A DNA stretch of 64,000 nucleotides from NCBI GenBank assembly GCA_963703555.1, contig CAVPEV010000046.1, positions 11,529-75,528 on the forward strand, in the 5' to 3' direction. This document shows positions 21,630 through 33,161 of the stretch, piece by piece; positions within the stretch are counted from its first letter, which is position 1; the number at the start of each line of letters is the position of its first letter. The stretch is from an uncultured Actinomycetota bacterium. GTDB taxonomy: Bacteria > Actinomycetota > Actinomycetes > Actinomycetales > Cellulomonadaceae. The position numbers and the translations under genes were made by a program. Below the pieces are notes generated by a model. The model made no database searches and was not told the origin of the DNA. It saw only the letters and a program-made list of their open reading frames with translations.

Positions 21630-23429
21630 ATGCTGCTGAGACTGTCGACCCTGTTCCTCCGCACCCTCCGGGAGGATCCCGTCGACGCCGAGGTCGCCAG
21701 CCATCGGCTGCTGCTTCGCGCGGGGTACGTCCGCCGGGCCGCCCCCGGCATCTACACCTGGCTGCCGCTCGGGCTGCGGGTGCTGGCCAAGGTCGAGCAG
21801 GTGGTCCGTGAGGAGATGGCCGCCATCGGCGCGCAGGAGGTGCACTTCCCGGCCCTGCTCCCCAGGGAGCCGTACGAGGCCACCGGCCGGTGGACGGAGT
21901 ACGGGCAGACCATGTTCCGGCTCACCGACCGTCGGGGCGCCGACTATCTCCTCGCGCCGACCCACGAGGAGATGTTCACCCTCCTGGTCAAGGACATGTA
22001 CTCGTCCTACAAGGACCTTCCCCTGGTGCTGTTCCAGATTCAGACGAAGTACCGCGACGAGGCCCGCCCGCGGGCGGGACTGATCCGCGGCCGCGAGTTC
22101 ATCATGAAGGACGCCTACTCCTTCGACCTGGACGACGCCGGGCTGGACCGCGCCTACCAGCGCCAGCGGGAGGCGTACCAGCGGATCTTCGACCGGTTGG
22201 GCCTGGCGCACGTCATCGTCGCAGCCACCTCCGGGCCGATGGGCGGTTCGCGCAGCGAGGAGTTCCTTACCCCCACGCCGGTGGGCGAGGACACCTTCGT
22301 GCGCTCGCCGGGGGGCTACGCGGCCAACGTCGAGGCGGTGACCACGGTCGCGCCGGCCCCGCTGGGCTGGGACGGCGTCCCGGCCGCGCACGTCGAGGAC
22401 ACGCCGGGCACGCCGACGATCGACGCGCTCGTGGCCGTGGCGAACGAGCGGTTCCCGCGCCCGGACCGGCCCTGGCACGCCGGCGACACGCTGAAGAACG
22501 TCGTCGTCGCACTGCGGCACCCCAACGGCGAGCGGGAGCTGCTCGTCGTCGGGCTGCCCGGTGACCGGGAGGTCGACCTCAAGCGGCTGGAGGCCTGCCT
22601 GGCACCGGCCGAGGTGGAGACCGCGGGGGAGGCGGACTTCGCCGCCCACCCCGAGCTCGTCAAGGGGTACATCGGCCCGGGTGCGCTGGGCCCCAACGCC
22701 GCCGGTCGGGCGGCGGGCGAGCGGGGTCGGCGCGCACTGCGCTACCTCGTCGACCCTCGGGTCGTGGCCGGCACCCGCTGGGTCACCGGTGCGAACCAGC
22801 CGGGGCGCCACGTGTTCGACCTCGTGGCCGGTCGGGACTTCGCCACCGACGGCACCGTGGAGGCGGCCCAGGTACGTGCCGGTGACCCCGCGCCCGACGG
22901 GTCGGGCCCGCTGGAGCTCGCCCGCGGCATCGAGATCGGCCACATCTTCGCCCTGGGCCGCAAGTACGCGACCGCGCTGGGACTGACCGTCCTCGACCAG
23001 GACGGCAGGGCGCGGGTCGTGACGATGGGTTCTTACGGCATCGGCGTCTCCCGGGTGGTCGCGGCGCTCGCCGAGGCCAACCACGACGACGCGGGCCTGG
23101 CCTGGCCGGCGAAGGTCGCGCCGGCTCACGTGCACCTCGTCGCCACCGGCAAGGACCCCCGGGTGGCCGAGGTCGCCGAGCAGCTGGCCCACGACCTGGA
23201 CGTCCGAGGTGTCGAGGTGCTCTACGACGACCGGCCCAAGGTGTCGGCAGGGGTGAAGTTCGCCGACGCCGACCTGCTGGGTGTGCCGCTTGTGGTCGTG
23301 GTCGGACGCGGCGTCGGGGACGGCGTCGTCGAGGTCCGGCCCCGGGCGGGTGCCGGGGCCGAGCAGGTCCCCGTCGGCGAGGCCGCCGAGCACGTCGCGG
23401 GCCTCGTGACGCAGCTGCTGCGCAGCTGA
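21630..23429 (+). CDS. proS: Prolyl-tRNA synthetase
   Basis: 599 aa. Class II blocks [36 protein letters not shown]-like ([31 protein letters not shown]), GSYGIGVSR. Confidence 0.95.
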   Translation: MLLRLSTLFLRTLREDPVDAEVASHRLLLRAGYVRRAAPGIYTWLPLGLRVLAKVEQVVREEMAAIGAQEVHFPALLPREPYEATGRWTEYGQTMFRLTDRRGADYLLAPTHEEMFTLLVKDMYSSYKDLPLVLFQIQTKYRDEARPRAGLIRGREFIMKDAYSFDLDDAGLDRAYQRQREAYQRIFDRLGLAHVIVAATSGPMGGSRSEEFLTPTPVGEDTFVRSPGGYAANVEAVTTVAPAPLGWDGVPAAHVEDTPGTPTIDALVAVANERFPRPDRPWHAGDTLKNVVVALRHPNGERELLVVGLPGDREVDLKRLEACLAPAEVETAGEADFAAHPELVKGYIGPGALGPNAAGRAAGERGRRALRYLVDPRVVAGTRWVTGANQPGRHVFDLVAGRDFATDGTVEAAQVRAGDPAPDGSGPLELARGIEIGHIFALGRKYATALGLTVLDQDGRARVVTMGSYGIGVSRVVAALAEANHDDAGLAWPAKVAPAHVHLVATGKDPRVAEVAEQLAHDLDVRGVEVLYDDRPKVSAGVKFADADLLGVPLVVVVGRGVGDGVVEVRPRAGAGAEQVPVGEAAEHVAGLVTQLLRS

Positions 23430-23498
23430 GCCTGCCGGGCGGTGCCGCCGGTGGCCGGCTCCCGGCCGGGGGTTCCGACGGTGGCCCGCCCCGGGCCG

Positions 23499-24602
23499 TC
23501 AGGCCGGCGCGCCGACCTGCTCGGGCAGGCCCGGGAAGGCGAGCGGAGCAGCGCCCCACCCGCCGGCCGCCCGGGTCGCCGCGACCAGACCGGCGACGAG
23601 GGGGCGCCGTGCGCCGGCCGGCGTGTCGGCGACGGCCTGCGCACAGGCCTGCGCGAGCGCGGTCTCCAGGTCGCGCGCGAGCGTGACGAGGACGGCCGGG
23701 TCGTCCAGTCCCGCAGGCAGGGCGTAGGCCACGCGGCGCGGGTCGGCGGGGCCGGCATCGATCCCGCCGGCGGCGGCCAGCTGCTCCGCCGCGGTCCGAT
23801 GAGCCGCGGCGGCCGATCGAGCGGTGGCACGCTGCTCGCCCGAGAGCCGAGCGGCGACCACCTCCAGGCCGTAGCCTGCCTCGTCCTCGGCACGCACCAG
23901 GTCGGCGAGCGCGCCGGTGCCGGTCGCGGAGCCCGTGGCGCCGGGCGCCAGGTCGGGCGGAGCACCGGTGCCTTGCGGGGCCGGGCTCGTGGCGGTGGCC
24001 GGGACGGCACCGGCCGTGGACGGGTCCGCCGGTGCACCGGTCGGGGTCGGGTCGGTCGCTGCGGCGGCAGGCGGCGTCGGCGCGGGTGCGCCGAGCATCC
24101 CGGCGAGGCGGTCCGCCAGGTCGGTGCGCGAGGCGCAGACGGCGGCGAGCAGGCGGGCCAGCCGGCCGTCGGGCACCGTGTCCGCGTCGGCACAGGCGTG
24201 CTGCGCGGCGACTGCGAGGACGTCCAGGGCGGCCGCGGGCGTGCCGGCGGTGGGCACCGGCCAGGCGGAGCCCGCCGTGGCCGGGTCGCTCGACGTGGGC
24301 GGTGACCACACGCCGCCGAGCTCGTCCTCGTGCCGCGCGGCGGTGTCGGTGACGACGGCGAGCAGCTGCGCCACGTCGGGCGGGGCACCCGGCTCGGCCG
24401 GCTGCGCCGATCCGGCCACCGCCACGGCGTCGGCCACGGCGCGGGCCCGGGCGAGCTCGGCGGCGTCCGGGCTGGGGACGGGCACCGGTCCGGTCTCCCA
24501 GCGCAACCCGCAGCCGGTGAGTGCGAGCACCGCCACCATCGCCACCGCTGCCATGCGCAGCGCCCTGGCGCGCCGTGGTGTGGCCGGCCGGGAGGGGTCC
24601 AT
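23499..24602 (-). CDS. Alanine-rich putative lipoprotein, family not identified
   Basis: Start chosen at ATG 24602 ([31 protein letters not shown]). A signal peptide plus lipobox LTGC is present. It corresponds by position to the Ala-rich proteins found between proS and rimP in other actinobacteria. Confidence 0.6.
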   Translation of the reverse strand: MDPSRPATPRRARALRMAAVAMVAVLALTGCGLRWETGPVPVPSPDAAELARARAVADAVAVAGSAQPAEPGAPPDVAQLLAVVTDTAARHEDELGGVWSPPTSSDPATAGSAWPVPTAGTPAAALDVLAVAAQHACADADTVPDGRLARLLAAVCASRTDLADRLAGMLGAPAPTPPAAAATDPTPTGAPADPSTAGAVPATATSPAPQGTGAPPDLAPGATGSATGTGALADLVRAEDEAGYGLEVVAARLSGEQRATARSAAAAHRTAAEQLAAAGGIDAGPADPRRVAYALPAGLDDPAVLVTLARDLETALAQACAQAVADTPAGARRPLVAGLVAATRAAGGWGAAPLAFPGLPEQVGAPA

Positions 24603-24769
24603 GCCCGGCGATCCTGCCACCGTGCGGCCGCCCGGACGGACCGGCCACACCCGGGCCGGCGTACCGGCGCACCGGGGAGTCGATACGCTGGGCCGGCACA
24701 CCGTCACAGGGTCGTTGCTCCTCAGCGTGGCAGGCGGGGAGGTCCGTCGAGCCGACAAGGGAGGCGATC

Positions 24770-25303
24770 ATGCCCACTGGTCCCGCGCAGGTCCGCGAGG
24801 TGGTCGCGCCCCTCGTGGCAGCCGCCGGCTTCGAGCTGGAGGACGTCGTCGTGAGCAGGGCAGCCGGCCGAGCCACGGTGCGGGTCGTCGTCGACCTCAC
24901 GGAGGACGACCCGGGTCCGCTCGATCTGGACCGTCTGGCGGAGGTGTCCGAGCGGGTCTCGGCAGCGCTGGAGTCCCGGGACACCGGTGCGTACACGCTG
25001 GAGGTGTCCAGCCCGGGCACGAGCCGCCCGCTGACCCTGCGCCGCCACTTCGTGCATGCCGTGGGCCGGTCGGTCGTCGTCACGTGCACGGACGGTCGGG
25101 TGGTGAGCGGCCGACTGGTCGACGTGCAGCGGCCGGGCGACGACGGGGTCCTCGTCCTCGTCCCGCAGCTCGAGGTCGGCACGGGTCGGCCGCCCCGTGC
25201 CGGGATCCCTGTCCGGGTACGGCTGGACGAGGTGCAGGCGGGTCACGTCGAGGTCGAGCTGACGCACCCGGGCTCCGACGACGACGCAGCGGAGGAGGAC
25301 TGA
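24770..25303 (+). CDS. rimP: Ribosome maturation factor RimP
   Basis: ATG 24770 within track ORF 24521..25303. [32 protein letters not shown]. Directly upstream of nusA. Confidence 0.9.
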   Translation: MPTGPAQVREVVAPLVAAAGFELEDVVVSRAAGRATVRVVVDLTEDDPGPLDLDRLAEVSERVSAALESRDTGAYTLEVSSPGTSRPLTLRRHFVHAVGRSVVVTCTDGRVVSGRLVDVQRPGDDGVLVLVPQLEVGTGRPPRAGIPVRVRLDEVQAGHVEVELTHPGSDDDAAEED

Positions 25304-25305
25304 CC

Positions 25306-26457
25306 ATGGACATCGACATGCAGGCGCTGCGGGCGCTCGAGCACGAGCGCGACCTCAGCCTGGACGTGCTCGTCACGGCGATCGAGCAGGCGTTGCTGTC
25401 CGCCTACCACCACACGCCCGGCGCCTACCCGGACGCTCGGGTCGAGGTCGACCGCCACACCGGGCACGTCACCGTGTGGGCCCGGGAGCGGCACGTCGAT
25501 CCGGCGGCAACGGGCCAGCAGCCGGACGGCGAGCCGGAGTCCGTGGCCGGGGCGCAGCCGCTGGCGGGCGGCGCGGCGGACCGGGCGCCGGTCCTCGGCC
25601 CGGAGTTCGACGACACGCCGGAGGGCTTCGGCCGCATCGCCACCGCGACCGCACGACAGGTGATCTTCCAGCGGCTGCGCGACGCGGAGGACGTCCAGGT
25701 GCTGGGCGCGTACCGCGACAAGCAGGGCGAGATCGTCAGCGGCGTCATCCAGCAGGGCCGGGACCCACGCGTCGTGCTCGTCGACCTCGGCGGCGTCGAG
25801 GCCGTGCTGCCCCAGCACGAGCAGGTGCCGACGGAGCGGTACGTCCACGGGGAGCGGCTGCGCGCGTACGTGCTCGAGGTGGCCCGGGGGATGAAGGGGC
25901 CGCAGATCACGCTCTCCCGGTCGCACCCCAATTTCGTGCGGAAGCTCTTCGAGCTGGAGGTCCCCGAGGTGGCCGAGGGCTCCGTGGAGATCATGGCGCT
26001 GGTCCGGGAGGCCGGCCATCGGACGAAGGTCGCCGTGCGCTCGACGGTCCCCGGGCTCAGCGCGAAGGGCGCGTGCATCGGCCCGATGGGCGCGCGCGTG
26101 CGGGCCATCATGACCGAGCTGCACGGGGAGAAGATCGACATCGTCGACCACGCGGACGACCCCGCCCGGATGGTCGCCAACGCCCTGTCCCCGGCCCGGG
26201 TGCTGTCCGTGCAGGTGGTGGACCCCGTGCTGCGATCCGCGCGCGTCGTGGTCCCCGACTACCAGCTGTCGCTGGCCATCGGCAAGGAGGGCCAGAACGC
26301 GCGGCTGGCGGCCAAGCTCACCGGCTGGCGGATCGACATCCGCTCCGACACCGCGCCGGACGCGGGCGACGCCGCCGAGCACCACGCGCCGGACGCGGGC
26401 GACGCCGCCGAGCACCACGCGCCGGACGTCGCCGGCCCGACGGGTCCCATCCGGTGA
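25306..26457 (+). CDS. nusA: Transcription termination/antitermination factor NusA
   Basis: ATG 25306 within track ORF 23917..26457. Motifs [25 protein letters not shown]1 and KH regions ([40 protein letters not shown]). Confidence 0.95.
   Translation: MDIDMQALRALEHERDLSLDVLVTAIEQALLSAYHHTPGAYPDARVEVDRHTGHVTVWARERHVDPAATGQQPDGEPESVAGAQPLAGGAADRAPVLGPEFDDTPEGFGRIATATARQVIFQRLRDAEDVQVLGAYRDKQGEIVSGVIQQGRDPRVVLVDLGGVEAVLPQHEQVPTERYVHGERLRAYVLEVARGMKGPQITLSRSHPNFVRKLFELEVPEVAEGSVEIMALVREAGHRTKVAVRSTVPGLSAKGACIGPMGARVRAIMTELHGEKIDIVDHADDPARMVANALSPARVLSVQVVDPVLRSARVVVPDYQLSLAIGKEGQNARLAAKLTGWRIDIRSDTAPDAGDAAEHHAPDAGDAAEHHAPDVAGPTGPIR
26353..26428. repeat. 33-bp tandem repeat (2 full copies plus 10 nt) at the 3' end of nusA
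   Basis: gcgccggacgcgggcgacgccgccgagcaccac occurs at 26353-26385 and at 26386-26418. It encodes [11 protein letters not shown] twice, in frame. Confidence 0.9.
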
Positions 26458-26903
26458 CACGGCACGGTAGACTCACGTCGGCTGGGCCGGGCGACCGGCC
26501 GTCCTCGCCGCGCAGCCGACTCACCGACACCGTCCCCGCAGACGCGGGCGCGGGCGGCACCGAGCCGGTCCGCACGTGCGTGGGCTGTCGTTCGTCCGAC
26601 CTGAGGTCGGTCCTGCTGAGGACGGTCGTGATCTGCGACGAGACGGGTGCTGCGGTGCTCGTCGTCGACGAGCGCCGTCGTCTGCCGGGCCGAGGGGCGT
26701 GGTTGCACCCCGACCCTCGGTGCTTTGAGCTCGCCGAACGTCGTCATGCGTTTCCTCGTGCCCTGCGTCATGCCGGGCCGCTGGACGCCTCCGACGTGCA
26801 CGCGGTCATCGAGCGCCAGGGCACCCCTGCCGCCGGGTCCTCACCCGGTGGCGCCGCACCGTCGAGACAGGGAGCGGGTAGGAAGCCGATGGCTGCCCGA
26901 TGA
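26454..26903 (+). CDS. YlxR-family (DUF448) RNA-binding protein
   Basis: Core [48 protein letters not shown]. The only in-frame start upstream of the core is GTG 26454, which overlaps the nusA stop. The start is uncertain. Confidence 0.75.
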   Translation: MTRHGRLTSAGPGDRPSSPRSRLTDTVPADAGAGGTEPVRTCVGCRSSDLRSVLLRTVVICDETGAAVLVVDERRRLPGRGAWLHPDPRCFELAERRHAFPRALRHAGPLDASDVHAVIERQGTPAAGSSPGGAAPSRQGAGRKPMAAR

Positions 26904-26987
26904 GCACGCACCGATGAGTACCCGGCGATGAGCGCCCCGCACTAACGACGGTCCGACCCTGTCCGGGCGGACCGAGACAGGAGAGAT

Positions 26988-29900
26988 GTGGCCAAGGCCC
27001 GCGTCTACGAGCTCGCCAAGGAGCTCGGAGTGGACAGCAAGACCCTCATGGCGAAGCTGGGCGAGCTCGGTGAGTTCGTCCGGTCGCCGTCCTCGACGAT
27101 CGAGCCGCCGGTGGTCCGCAAGCTGCGCGGCGTCTTCCCCGGCGACGGGGCGACGACAGCGCCGGCGGCGACCGACCGCGCGGCCGCGCGCCCGGCTCCG
27201 CGACCCGGTGCCGGGCCGGCACGCCCCGGTGCCGAGGCACCGTCGGGCCCCGCCGAGGCCACCACCGCGCCCGCCCCGGTTGGCGTGCCGTCCGTCGCTG
27301 CTGCGACGACCGCACCGCAGCCGGCCGCACCGCAGCCGGCCGCTATCACCGAGGCCGCGGCGCCGGCCGCCGAAGCTGCCGCTCCGCAGGCCGGCACCGC
27401 GCCCGCGCGTCCGGCCGCTCGGTCCATGACCCCCGGCGCCGTCCCCGGCCCGCGTCGCGTGGCTGAGCCCGGCACTGCGTCCCGACCGGCCCCTCGCTCG
27501 TCCGGCGGTCGTCCCGGGGCCGGTCCGCGCCCGGGCAACAACCCGTTCGCACCGGCGCAGGGCATGCCGCGTCCGGGTGAGCGGCGCACCGACGGTGAGC
27601 GGCGCACCGAGACCGAGCGTCCCGGCGGTCCACGCCCGGCCGGCGTGCACCCGGGTGGTCCGCGCCCGGGCAACAACCCGTTCGCACCGGCGCAGGGCAT
27701 GCCGCGTCCGGGTGAGCGGCGCACCGAGGCCGAGCGTCCCGGCGGTCCACGTCCCGGCGGCCCGCGTCCCAACCCGGGCATGATGCCCGGGCGTACCTCC
27801 AGCGGCGTCGGCCGGCCGGGTGAGCGTCCCACCGGTCGTCCGGGCGGCGGTGGCCGGCCGGGTGGTGCCGGGTCCACCGGTCGTCCGGGCGGCGCAGGCG
27901 GTGGTGGCGGTTTCGCCGGCCGGCCGGGCGGCGGTGGCCGGCCGGGTGCCGGCGGTCGTGGCAGCACGCAGGGTGCCTTCGGGCGCGCCGGTGGTCGGCC
28001 CGTGCGCGGGCGCAAGTCCCGCCGGACGAAGCGGCAGGAGTTCGAGCAGATGCAGGCGCCGTCGCTGGGCGGCGTCCAGGTCCCGCGCGGCACCGGCTCG
28101 ACCGTCGTACGGCTGCGCCACGGCTCGTCGCTCAACGACTTCGCGGACAAGATCGACGCGAACCCGGCCAGCCTGGTGACGGTGCTGTTCCACCTCGGTG
28201 AGATGGTCACGGCCACCCAGTCGCTGGACGAGGACACCTTCGGCCTGCTGGCCACGGAGCTGGGCTACGTCGTCGAGATGGTCTCGGCCGAGGAGGAGGA
28301 CAAGGAGCTGCTCGGCTCCTTCGACATCGACCTGGACGCCGAGCTGGAGGCGGAGTCCGATGAGGACCTCAAGCCTCGGCCACCGGTCGTCACGGTGATG
28401 GGCCACGTCGACCACGGCAAGACCAAGCTGCTCGACGCGATCCGGTCCACCGACGTGGTCGGTGGCGAGGCCGGGGGCATCACCCAGCACATCGGTGCCT
28501 ACCAGGTACGCACCGAGCACGACGGCGGCGACCGGGCGATCACCTTCATCGACACCCCGGGCCACGAGGCGTTCACCGCCATGCGTGCCCGCGGTGCCCA
28601 GGTGACCGACATCGCGATCCTCGTCGTCGCCGCCGACGACGGCGTGATGCCGCAGACCATCGAGGCGCTCAACCATGCCCAGGCGGCCGGCGTGCCGATC
28701 GTCGTCGCGGTGAACAAGGTGGACAAGGAGGGGGCCAACCCCGCCAAGGTCCGTCAGCAGCTCACCGAGTACAACCTGGTCGCCGAGGAGTACGGCGGCG
28801 ACACGATGTTCGTCGACGTCTCGGCAACCCAGAAGATCGGCATCGACGACCTGCTCGAGGCCGTGCTCCTCACCGCGGACGCAGCGCTGGACCTGCGCGC
28901 CAACCCGGACAAGCCGGGCCGCGGCGTGGCGATCGAGGCCAACCTCGACCGCGGCCGCGGTGCGGTGGCCACGGTGCTCGTGCAGTCCGGCACGCTGCAC
29001 GTCGGCGACGCGATCGTCGCCGGCACGGCGCACGGGCGGGTCCGGGCGATGTTCGACGAGCACGGCGACACCGTGCAGGAGGCTCCTCCGTCGCGCCCGG
29101 TCCAGGTCATCGGTCTGACGTCGGTCCCCAGTGCAGGAGACACGTTCATCGTGGCTCCTGACGACCGCACCGCCCGGCAGATCGCCGAGAAGCGTGAGGC
29201 GGCCGAGCGGGCCGCATCCCTGGCCAGGCGCCGCAAGCGCATCAGCCTCGAGGACTTCACGCAGGCGCTGCAGCAGGGCAAGGTCGAGACCCTCAACCTC
29301 GTCCTCAAGGGCGACGTGTCCGGAGCCGTCGAGGCGTTGGAGGATGCGCTGCTCAAGATCGACGTGGGCGAGGAGGTCGAGCTGCGGGTCATCCACCGCG
29401 GTGTCGGTGCGATCACCCAGAACGACGTCAACCTCGCCACCGTGGACAACGCCATCATCATCGGCTTCAACGTCCGCTTCGCCGAGCGCGTCGAGGAGCT
29501 GGCCGAGCGCGAGGGCGTGGACGTGCGCTTCTACTCGGTCATCTACCAGGCGATCGACGACGTGGAGGCCGCCCTCAAGGGCATGCTCAAGCCCACCTTC
29601 GAGGAGGTACGGCTGGGCACCGCCGAGGTGCGGGAGGTGTTCCGCTCGTCGAAGTTCGGCAACATCGCCGGCGCGCTGGTCCGGTCCGGCGAGATCCGTC
29701 GCAACGCCCGGGCCCGGGTGCTGCGGGGCGGCTCCGTGGTGGGGGACAACCTCACGATCGAGTCGCTGCGGCGGTTCAAGGACGACGCGACGGAGGTGCG
29801 CGAGGGTTTCGAGTGCGGCATCGGGCTCGGGTCCTTCAACAACCTGCAGGTCGACGACGTCATCGAGACGTGGGAGATGCGCGAGAAGGCTCGCGACTGA
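26988..29900 (+). CDS. infB: Translation initiation factor IF-2
   Basis: 970 aa. [21 protein letters not shown], a Pro/Gly/Arg-rich linker, and the GTPase domain [30 protein letters not shown]. Confidence 0.97.
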   Translation: MAKARVYELAKELGVDSKTLMAKLGELGEFVRSPSSTIEPPVVRKLRGVFPGDGATTAPAATDRAAARPAPRPGAGPARPGAEAPSGPAEATTAPAPVGVPSVAAATTAPQPAAPQPAAITEAAAPAAEAAAPQAGTAPARPAARSMTPGAVPGPRRVAEPGTASRPAPRSSGGRPGAGPRPGNNPFAPAQGMPRPGERRTDGERRTETERPGGPRPAGVHPGGPRPGNNPFAPAQGMPRPGERRTEAERPGGPRPGGPRPNPGMMPGRTSSGVGRPGERPTGRPGGGGRPGGAGSTGRPGGAGGGGGFAGRPGGGGRPGAGGRGSTQGAFGRAGGRPVRGRKSRRTKRQEFEQMQAPSLGGVQVPRGTGSTVVRLRHGSSLNDFADKIDANPASLVTVLFHLGEMVTATQSLDEDTFGLLATELGYVVEMVSAEEEDKELLGSFDIDLDAELEAESDEDLKPRPPVVTVMGHVDHGKTKLLDAIRSTDVVGGEAGGITQHIGAYQVRTEHDGGDRAITFIDTPGHEAFTAMRARGAQVTDIAILVVAADDGVMPQTIEALNHAQAAGVPIVVAVNKVDKEGANPAKVRQQLTEYNLVAEEYGGDTMFVDVSATQKIGIDDLLEAVLLTADAALDLRANPDKPGRGVAIEANLDRGRGAVATVLVQSGTLHVGDAIVAGTAHGRVRAMFDEHGDTVQEAPPSRPVQVIGLTSVPSAGDTFIVAPDDRTARQIAEKREAAERAASLARRRKRISLEDFTQALQQGKVETLNLVLKGDVSGAVEALEDALLKIDVGEEVELRVIHRGVGAITQNDVNLATVDNAIIIGFNVRFAERVEELAEREGVDVRFYSVIYQAIDDVEAALKGMLKPTFEEVRLGTAEVREVFRSSKFGNIAGALVRSGEIRRNARARVLRGGSVVGDNLTIESLRRFKDDATEVREGFECGIGLGSFNNLQVDDVIETWEMREKARD
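27522..27727. repeat. Two identical 71-bp copies spaced 135 bp apart inside the infB linker
   Basis: ggtccgcgcccgggcaacaacccgttcgcaccggcgcagggcatgccgcgtccgggtgagcggcgcaccga occurs at 27522-27592 and at 27657-27727. It encodes [23 protein letters not shown] twice. Confidence 0.85.
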
Positions 29901-29970
29901 TCCGGCACGTCCTATCGCGCCGCCCGGACCCTGCCCGCAGGGGCCGGGCGTGCGCCGGAGAGGAGCTGTG

Positions 29971-30462
29971 ATGGTCGACCACCCGCGGGCGCGCCGGCTC
30001 GCCGACCGGATCCACGTGATCGTCGCGCAGATGCTCGACACCCGGGTGAAGGACCCGCGGCTGGGCTTCGTCACCGTGACGGACGTCCGGGTGACCGGGG
30101 ACCTGCAGAACGCCTCGGTGTTCTACACCGTGCTCGGCGACGAGGAGGCGCGGACGGCCACGGCAGCGGCGCTCGAGTCGGCCAAGGGGCTCATCCGGTC
30201 GGAGGTCGGCCGGCAGACCGGCCTGCGGCTGACGCCCACGCTGGAGTTCCACCTGGACGCGGTGCCCGAGACGGCGGCGCAGCTGGACGCCGCGCTCCGG
30301 CAGGCGCGCCGCAAGGACGCCGAGCTGGCCCGGATCCGGGAGGGGGCCAGCTACGCCGGCGACCCCGACCCGTACCGCACGACGGACGGCGGCGAGCCGG
30401 CGGCCGACGACGGCGCGGCGGCCGCCCCGTACCCGGCCGACGGGACGCCACCGCTGCCGTGA
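29971..30462 (+). CDS. rbfA: Ribosome-binding factor A
   Basis: ATG 29971 within track ORF 29131..30462. [49 protein letters not shown]. Confidence 0.93.
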   Translation: MVDHPRARRLADRIHVIVAQMLDTRVKDPRLGFVTVTDVRVTGDLQNASVFYTVLGDEEARTATAAALESAKGLIRSEVGRQTGLRLTPTLEFHLDAVPETAAQLDAALRQARRKDAELARIREGASYAGDPDPYRTTDGGEPAADDGAAAAPYPADGTPPLP

Positions 30463-31418
30463 GCGATGACCCGCAGGCGATCCCGGGGGCTCCCCGCGGG
30501 CGTCGGCCGACCGCGCCGGACGGGCTCCTGGTCGTCGACAAGCCGGCCGGCTGGACCAGCCACGACGTGGTCGCGAAGCTGCGCGGCCTGGCCGGGACCC
30601 GGCGCGTCGGGCACGCCGGGACGCTCGACCCGATGGCCACCGGCGTGCTCGTCGTCGGGGTCGGCCGGGCGACCCGGCTGCTGACGTTCCTCGTCGGGGC
30701 GGACAAGGAGTACACCGCGACGGTCCGGCTCGGGGTGGCCACCACGACGGACGACGCCGAGGGCGAGGTGCTCGCCGAGACCGGCGTCGACCGCATCGAC
30801 GCGGGCCTGCTGGCTGCCGCGGCCGCGCGCCTGACCGGGCCCATCCAGCAGGTTCCGGCCACGGTCTCGGCGATCAAGGTGGACGGGCAGCGGGCCTACG
30901 CGCGGGCCCGGGCCGGCGAGCACGTCGAGCTCGCGGCGCGGCCGGTGACGGTTCGTGAGCTCGAGCTGGGCGAGCCGCGCCCGGCCCGCACCGTCGACGG
31001 GACCGGTGTGCTCGACGTCGACCTGCGGGTGGTGTGCTCGTCGGGCACCTACGTGCGGGCGCTGGCGCGGGACCTCGGCGTCGCCCTCGGGGTCGGCGGC
31101 CACCTGACCGCCCTGCGCCGGACCCGGGTCGGCGGCTGGTCCCTCGCATCCGCACGGACCCTCGACGACCTGTCCCGCACGCCGCCCGACGTCCCGCTGG
31201 AGGTCGTACCGCTCGCGACGGCGGCACGGCAGACGTTCGGCCCGGTCGAGCTCGACGCCGACCAGGCCGTCCGGCTCGGCCACGGCGCGACCGTCGTTCT
31301 TGACGGTACCGCCGACGCCGCGCCCCTCGCCGCGTTCGCCCCGGACGGGTCTCTCGTCGCGCTCGTGACGGTCACCGACGGCCGAGCGCGTCCGCTCCTG
31401 GTGCTCGCCGGAGGCTGA
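30459..31418 (+). CDS. truB: tRNA pseudouridine(55) synthase
   Basis: Motifs [47 protein letters not shown]. Confidence 0.94.
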   Translation: MSDDPQAIPGAPRGRRPTAPDGLLVVDKPAGWTSHDVVAKLRGLAGTRRVGHAGTLDPMATGVLVVGVGRATRLLTFLVGADKEYTATVRLGVATTTDDAEGEVLAETGVDRIDAGLLAAAAARLTGPIQQVPATVSAIKVDGQRAYARARAGEHVELAARPVTVRELELGEPRPARTVDGTGVLDVDLRVVCSSGTYVRALARDLGVALGVGGHLTALRRTRVGGWSLASARTLDDLSRTPPDVPLEVVPLATAARQTFGPVELDADQAVRLGHGATVVLDGTADAAPLAAFAPDGSLVALVTVTDGRARPLLVLAGG

Positions 31419-31587
31419 CCGGGCGGACCGGGCGGCCGGCCGGCCATGGCGTCCGTGGAGGCGGGGGGTTCCGCGCGGTCGAGACGTCACAGGGTGGGGT
31501 GCGCTGCGCATGGCAGGCTGTGCTCTGGTCGACCGGGCCTCCTCCCGTGCCGCGGCCAGGCCCCGAGGAGCCCGGAGAGGATCTCGC

Positions 31588-32559
31588 GTGGAGTGCTTCA
31601 CCGGCACCGACCAGGTGCCGAGCGGCTACGGGCCGTCGGTCGTGACAGTGGGCAACTTCGACGGGGTGCACCGGGGCCATCGCAGCGTCCTGGTCGCGAC
31701 GGTCGCCGAGGCGGCCCGGCGCGGCGTCCGTGCGGTGGCGGTGACCTTCCACCCGCACCCGGCCCAGGTGCACCGGCCGGAGCAGGCCCCGGAGCTGCTC
31801 ACCGGTCTCGCCGACCGGCTCGAGCTGCTCGCCGACACCGGTCTGGACGCCACCCTCGTGATCCCCTACACGCTGGAGTTCGCCCGCACCACGCCGCGGG
31901 AGTTCGTCCACCGCTACCTGGTCGACACCCTGCACGCCGTGGTCGTCTGCGTGGGGCGTGACGTCCGGTTCGGCCGTGCCAACAGCGGCGACCTGGGCAC
32001 GATGATGGCGCTGGGGGACGAGCTCGGTTTCCAGGTGCAGGTGATCGAGGACACCCACGGTCCACAGCGCGGCGCAGCTCCCCGCCGCTGGTCCTCCACC
32101 TGGGCGCGCGAGCTGCTCGCCGCGGGTGACATAGCAGCCGCCAGGCAGATCCTCGGGCGCGCGCACCGCATCCGGGGGGTCGTCGTGCACGGCGACGCCC
32201 GCGGGCGCGCGCTCGGGTACCCGACGGCGAACCTCGGGCCCGACATGCAGGGCATGGTTCCTGCCGACGGGGTCTACGCCGGGTGGCTGGTGCGCCCGGG
32301 CCTGCCGGACGGCCACCCCGACCGTCGGCTGACCGCCGCGGTCTCGATCGGCACCAACCCCACGTTCGACGGGGTCGAGCGCCGGGTCGAGGCGTACGCG
32401 CTGGACCGGGACGACCTGGACCTGTACGGCGAGGAGGTCGTCGTCGAGTTGGTCGACCGGCTCCGGGCGACGCTCCGGTTCGCCTCGGTGGAGGAGCTGC
32501 GCGCCCAGATGCGCGCCGACGTCGACGCCGTACGCAGCCGGGTGGGCGGCGGCCGGTGA
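31588..32559 (+). CDS. ribF: Bifunctional riboflavin kinase / FMN adenylyltransferase
   Basis: GTG 31588 within track ORF 31510..32559. Motifs VVTVGNFDGVHRGH, GVVVHGDARGRALGYPTANL, SIGTNPTF, VEAYALD. Confidence 0.9.
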   Translation: MECFTGTDQVPSGYGPSVVTVGNFDGVHRGHRSVLVATVAEAARRGVRAVAVTFHPHPAQVHRPEQAPELLTGLADRLELLADTGLDATLVIPYTLEFARTTPREFVHRYLVDTLHAVVVCVGRDVRFGRANSGDLGTMMALGDELGFQVQVIEDTHGPQRGAAPRRWSSTWARELLAAGDIAAARQILGRAHRIRGVVVHGDARGRALGYPTANLGPDMQGMVPADGVYAGWLVRPGLPDGHPDRRLTAAVSIGTNPTFDGVERRVEAYALDRDDLDLYGEEVVVELVDRLRATLRFASVEELRAQMRADVDAVRSRVGGGR

Positions 32560-32696
32560 ACCACAGGTCCGGCCGGCCGTAACCGGTGGGCCGGGTAGGC
32601 CCTGATAGGCTTGCCACGCCGTCAGAACGGCCGCGGACCCAGAGCGCCCGGGTGGACATGCCCCGGAGCACCGCGCAACGAGACACCAGGAGAACC

Positions 32697-32966
32697 GTGC
32701 CCCTCGACGCCGCCACGAAGCAGTCCATCATGACCGAGTACGCCACGCACGAGGGCGACACCGGTTCCCCCGAGGTCCAGGTGGCGGTGCTCACCCAGCG
32801 CATCAAGGACCTCACCGAGCACCTCAAGGTGCACAAGCACGACCACCACAGCCGCCGTGGCCTGCTGCTCCTCGTGGGCCGGCGCCGCCGGCTGCTGGGG
32901 TACCTGCAGCAGGTCGACATCGAGCGCTACCGCAGCCTCATCGAGAGGCTCGGACTGCGCCGATGA
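32697..32966 (+). CDS. rpsO: 30S ribosomal protein S15
   Basis: GTG 32697 within track ORF 32586..32966. [51 protein letters not shown]. Confidence 0.95.
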   Translation: MPLDAATKQSIMTEYATHEGDTGSPEVQVAVLTQRIKDLTEHLKVHKHDHHSRRGLLLLVGRRRRLLGYLQQVDIERYRSLIERLGLRR

Positions 32967-32970
32967 CGTC

Positions 32971-33027
32971 ATGACCAGCCCGGGCCCCATGGGTCCGGGC
33001 TGGTCATGGGTGGGACCCCGGTCCCAC
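32971..33027 (+). terminator. Two stem-loops in the rpsO-pnp intergenic region (terminator / processing-site candidate)
   Basis: atgaccagcccgg (32971-32983) pairs with ccgggctggtcat (32995-33007), starting 5 nt after the rpsO stop. A second hairpin is gtggga/tcccac at 33010-33027. Confidence 0.55.
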
Positions 33028-33161
33028 CATCGTTCCATCCGAACCGGAGCCTGCCCCGAGCGCCCGGTCCTCGGTAGTGGCCCTCGGAGCAGCACGCTCC
33101 GCGGGCCTCGATCGAAGACCGACGCCACGGCCGGCTCCTGACCAGAACCAGGAGGGCACCC

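Noticed and set aside
26353-27727. Tandem and dispersed exact repeats (nusA tail, infB linker, M23 5' end, recX 3' flank) considered as a CRISPR-like or other repeat array.
   Set aside because: Each has only two copies. The copies are contiguous or lie in frame inside genes. There are no unique spacers and no cas genes.
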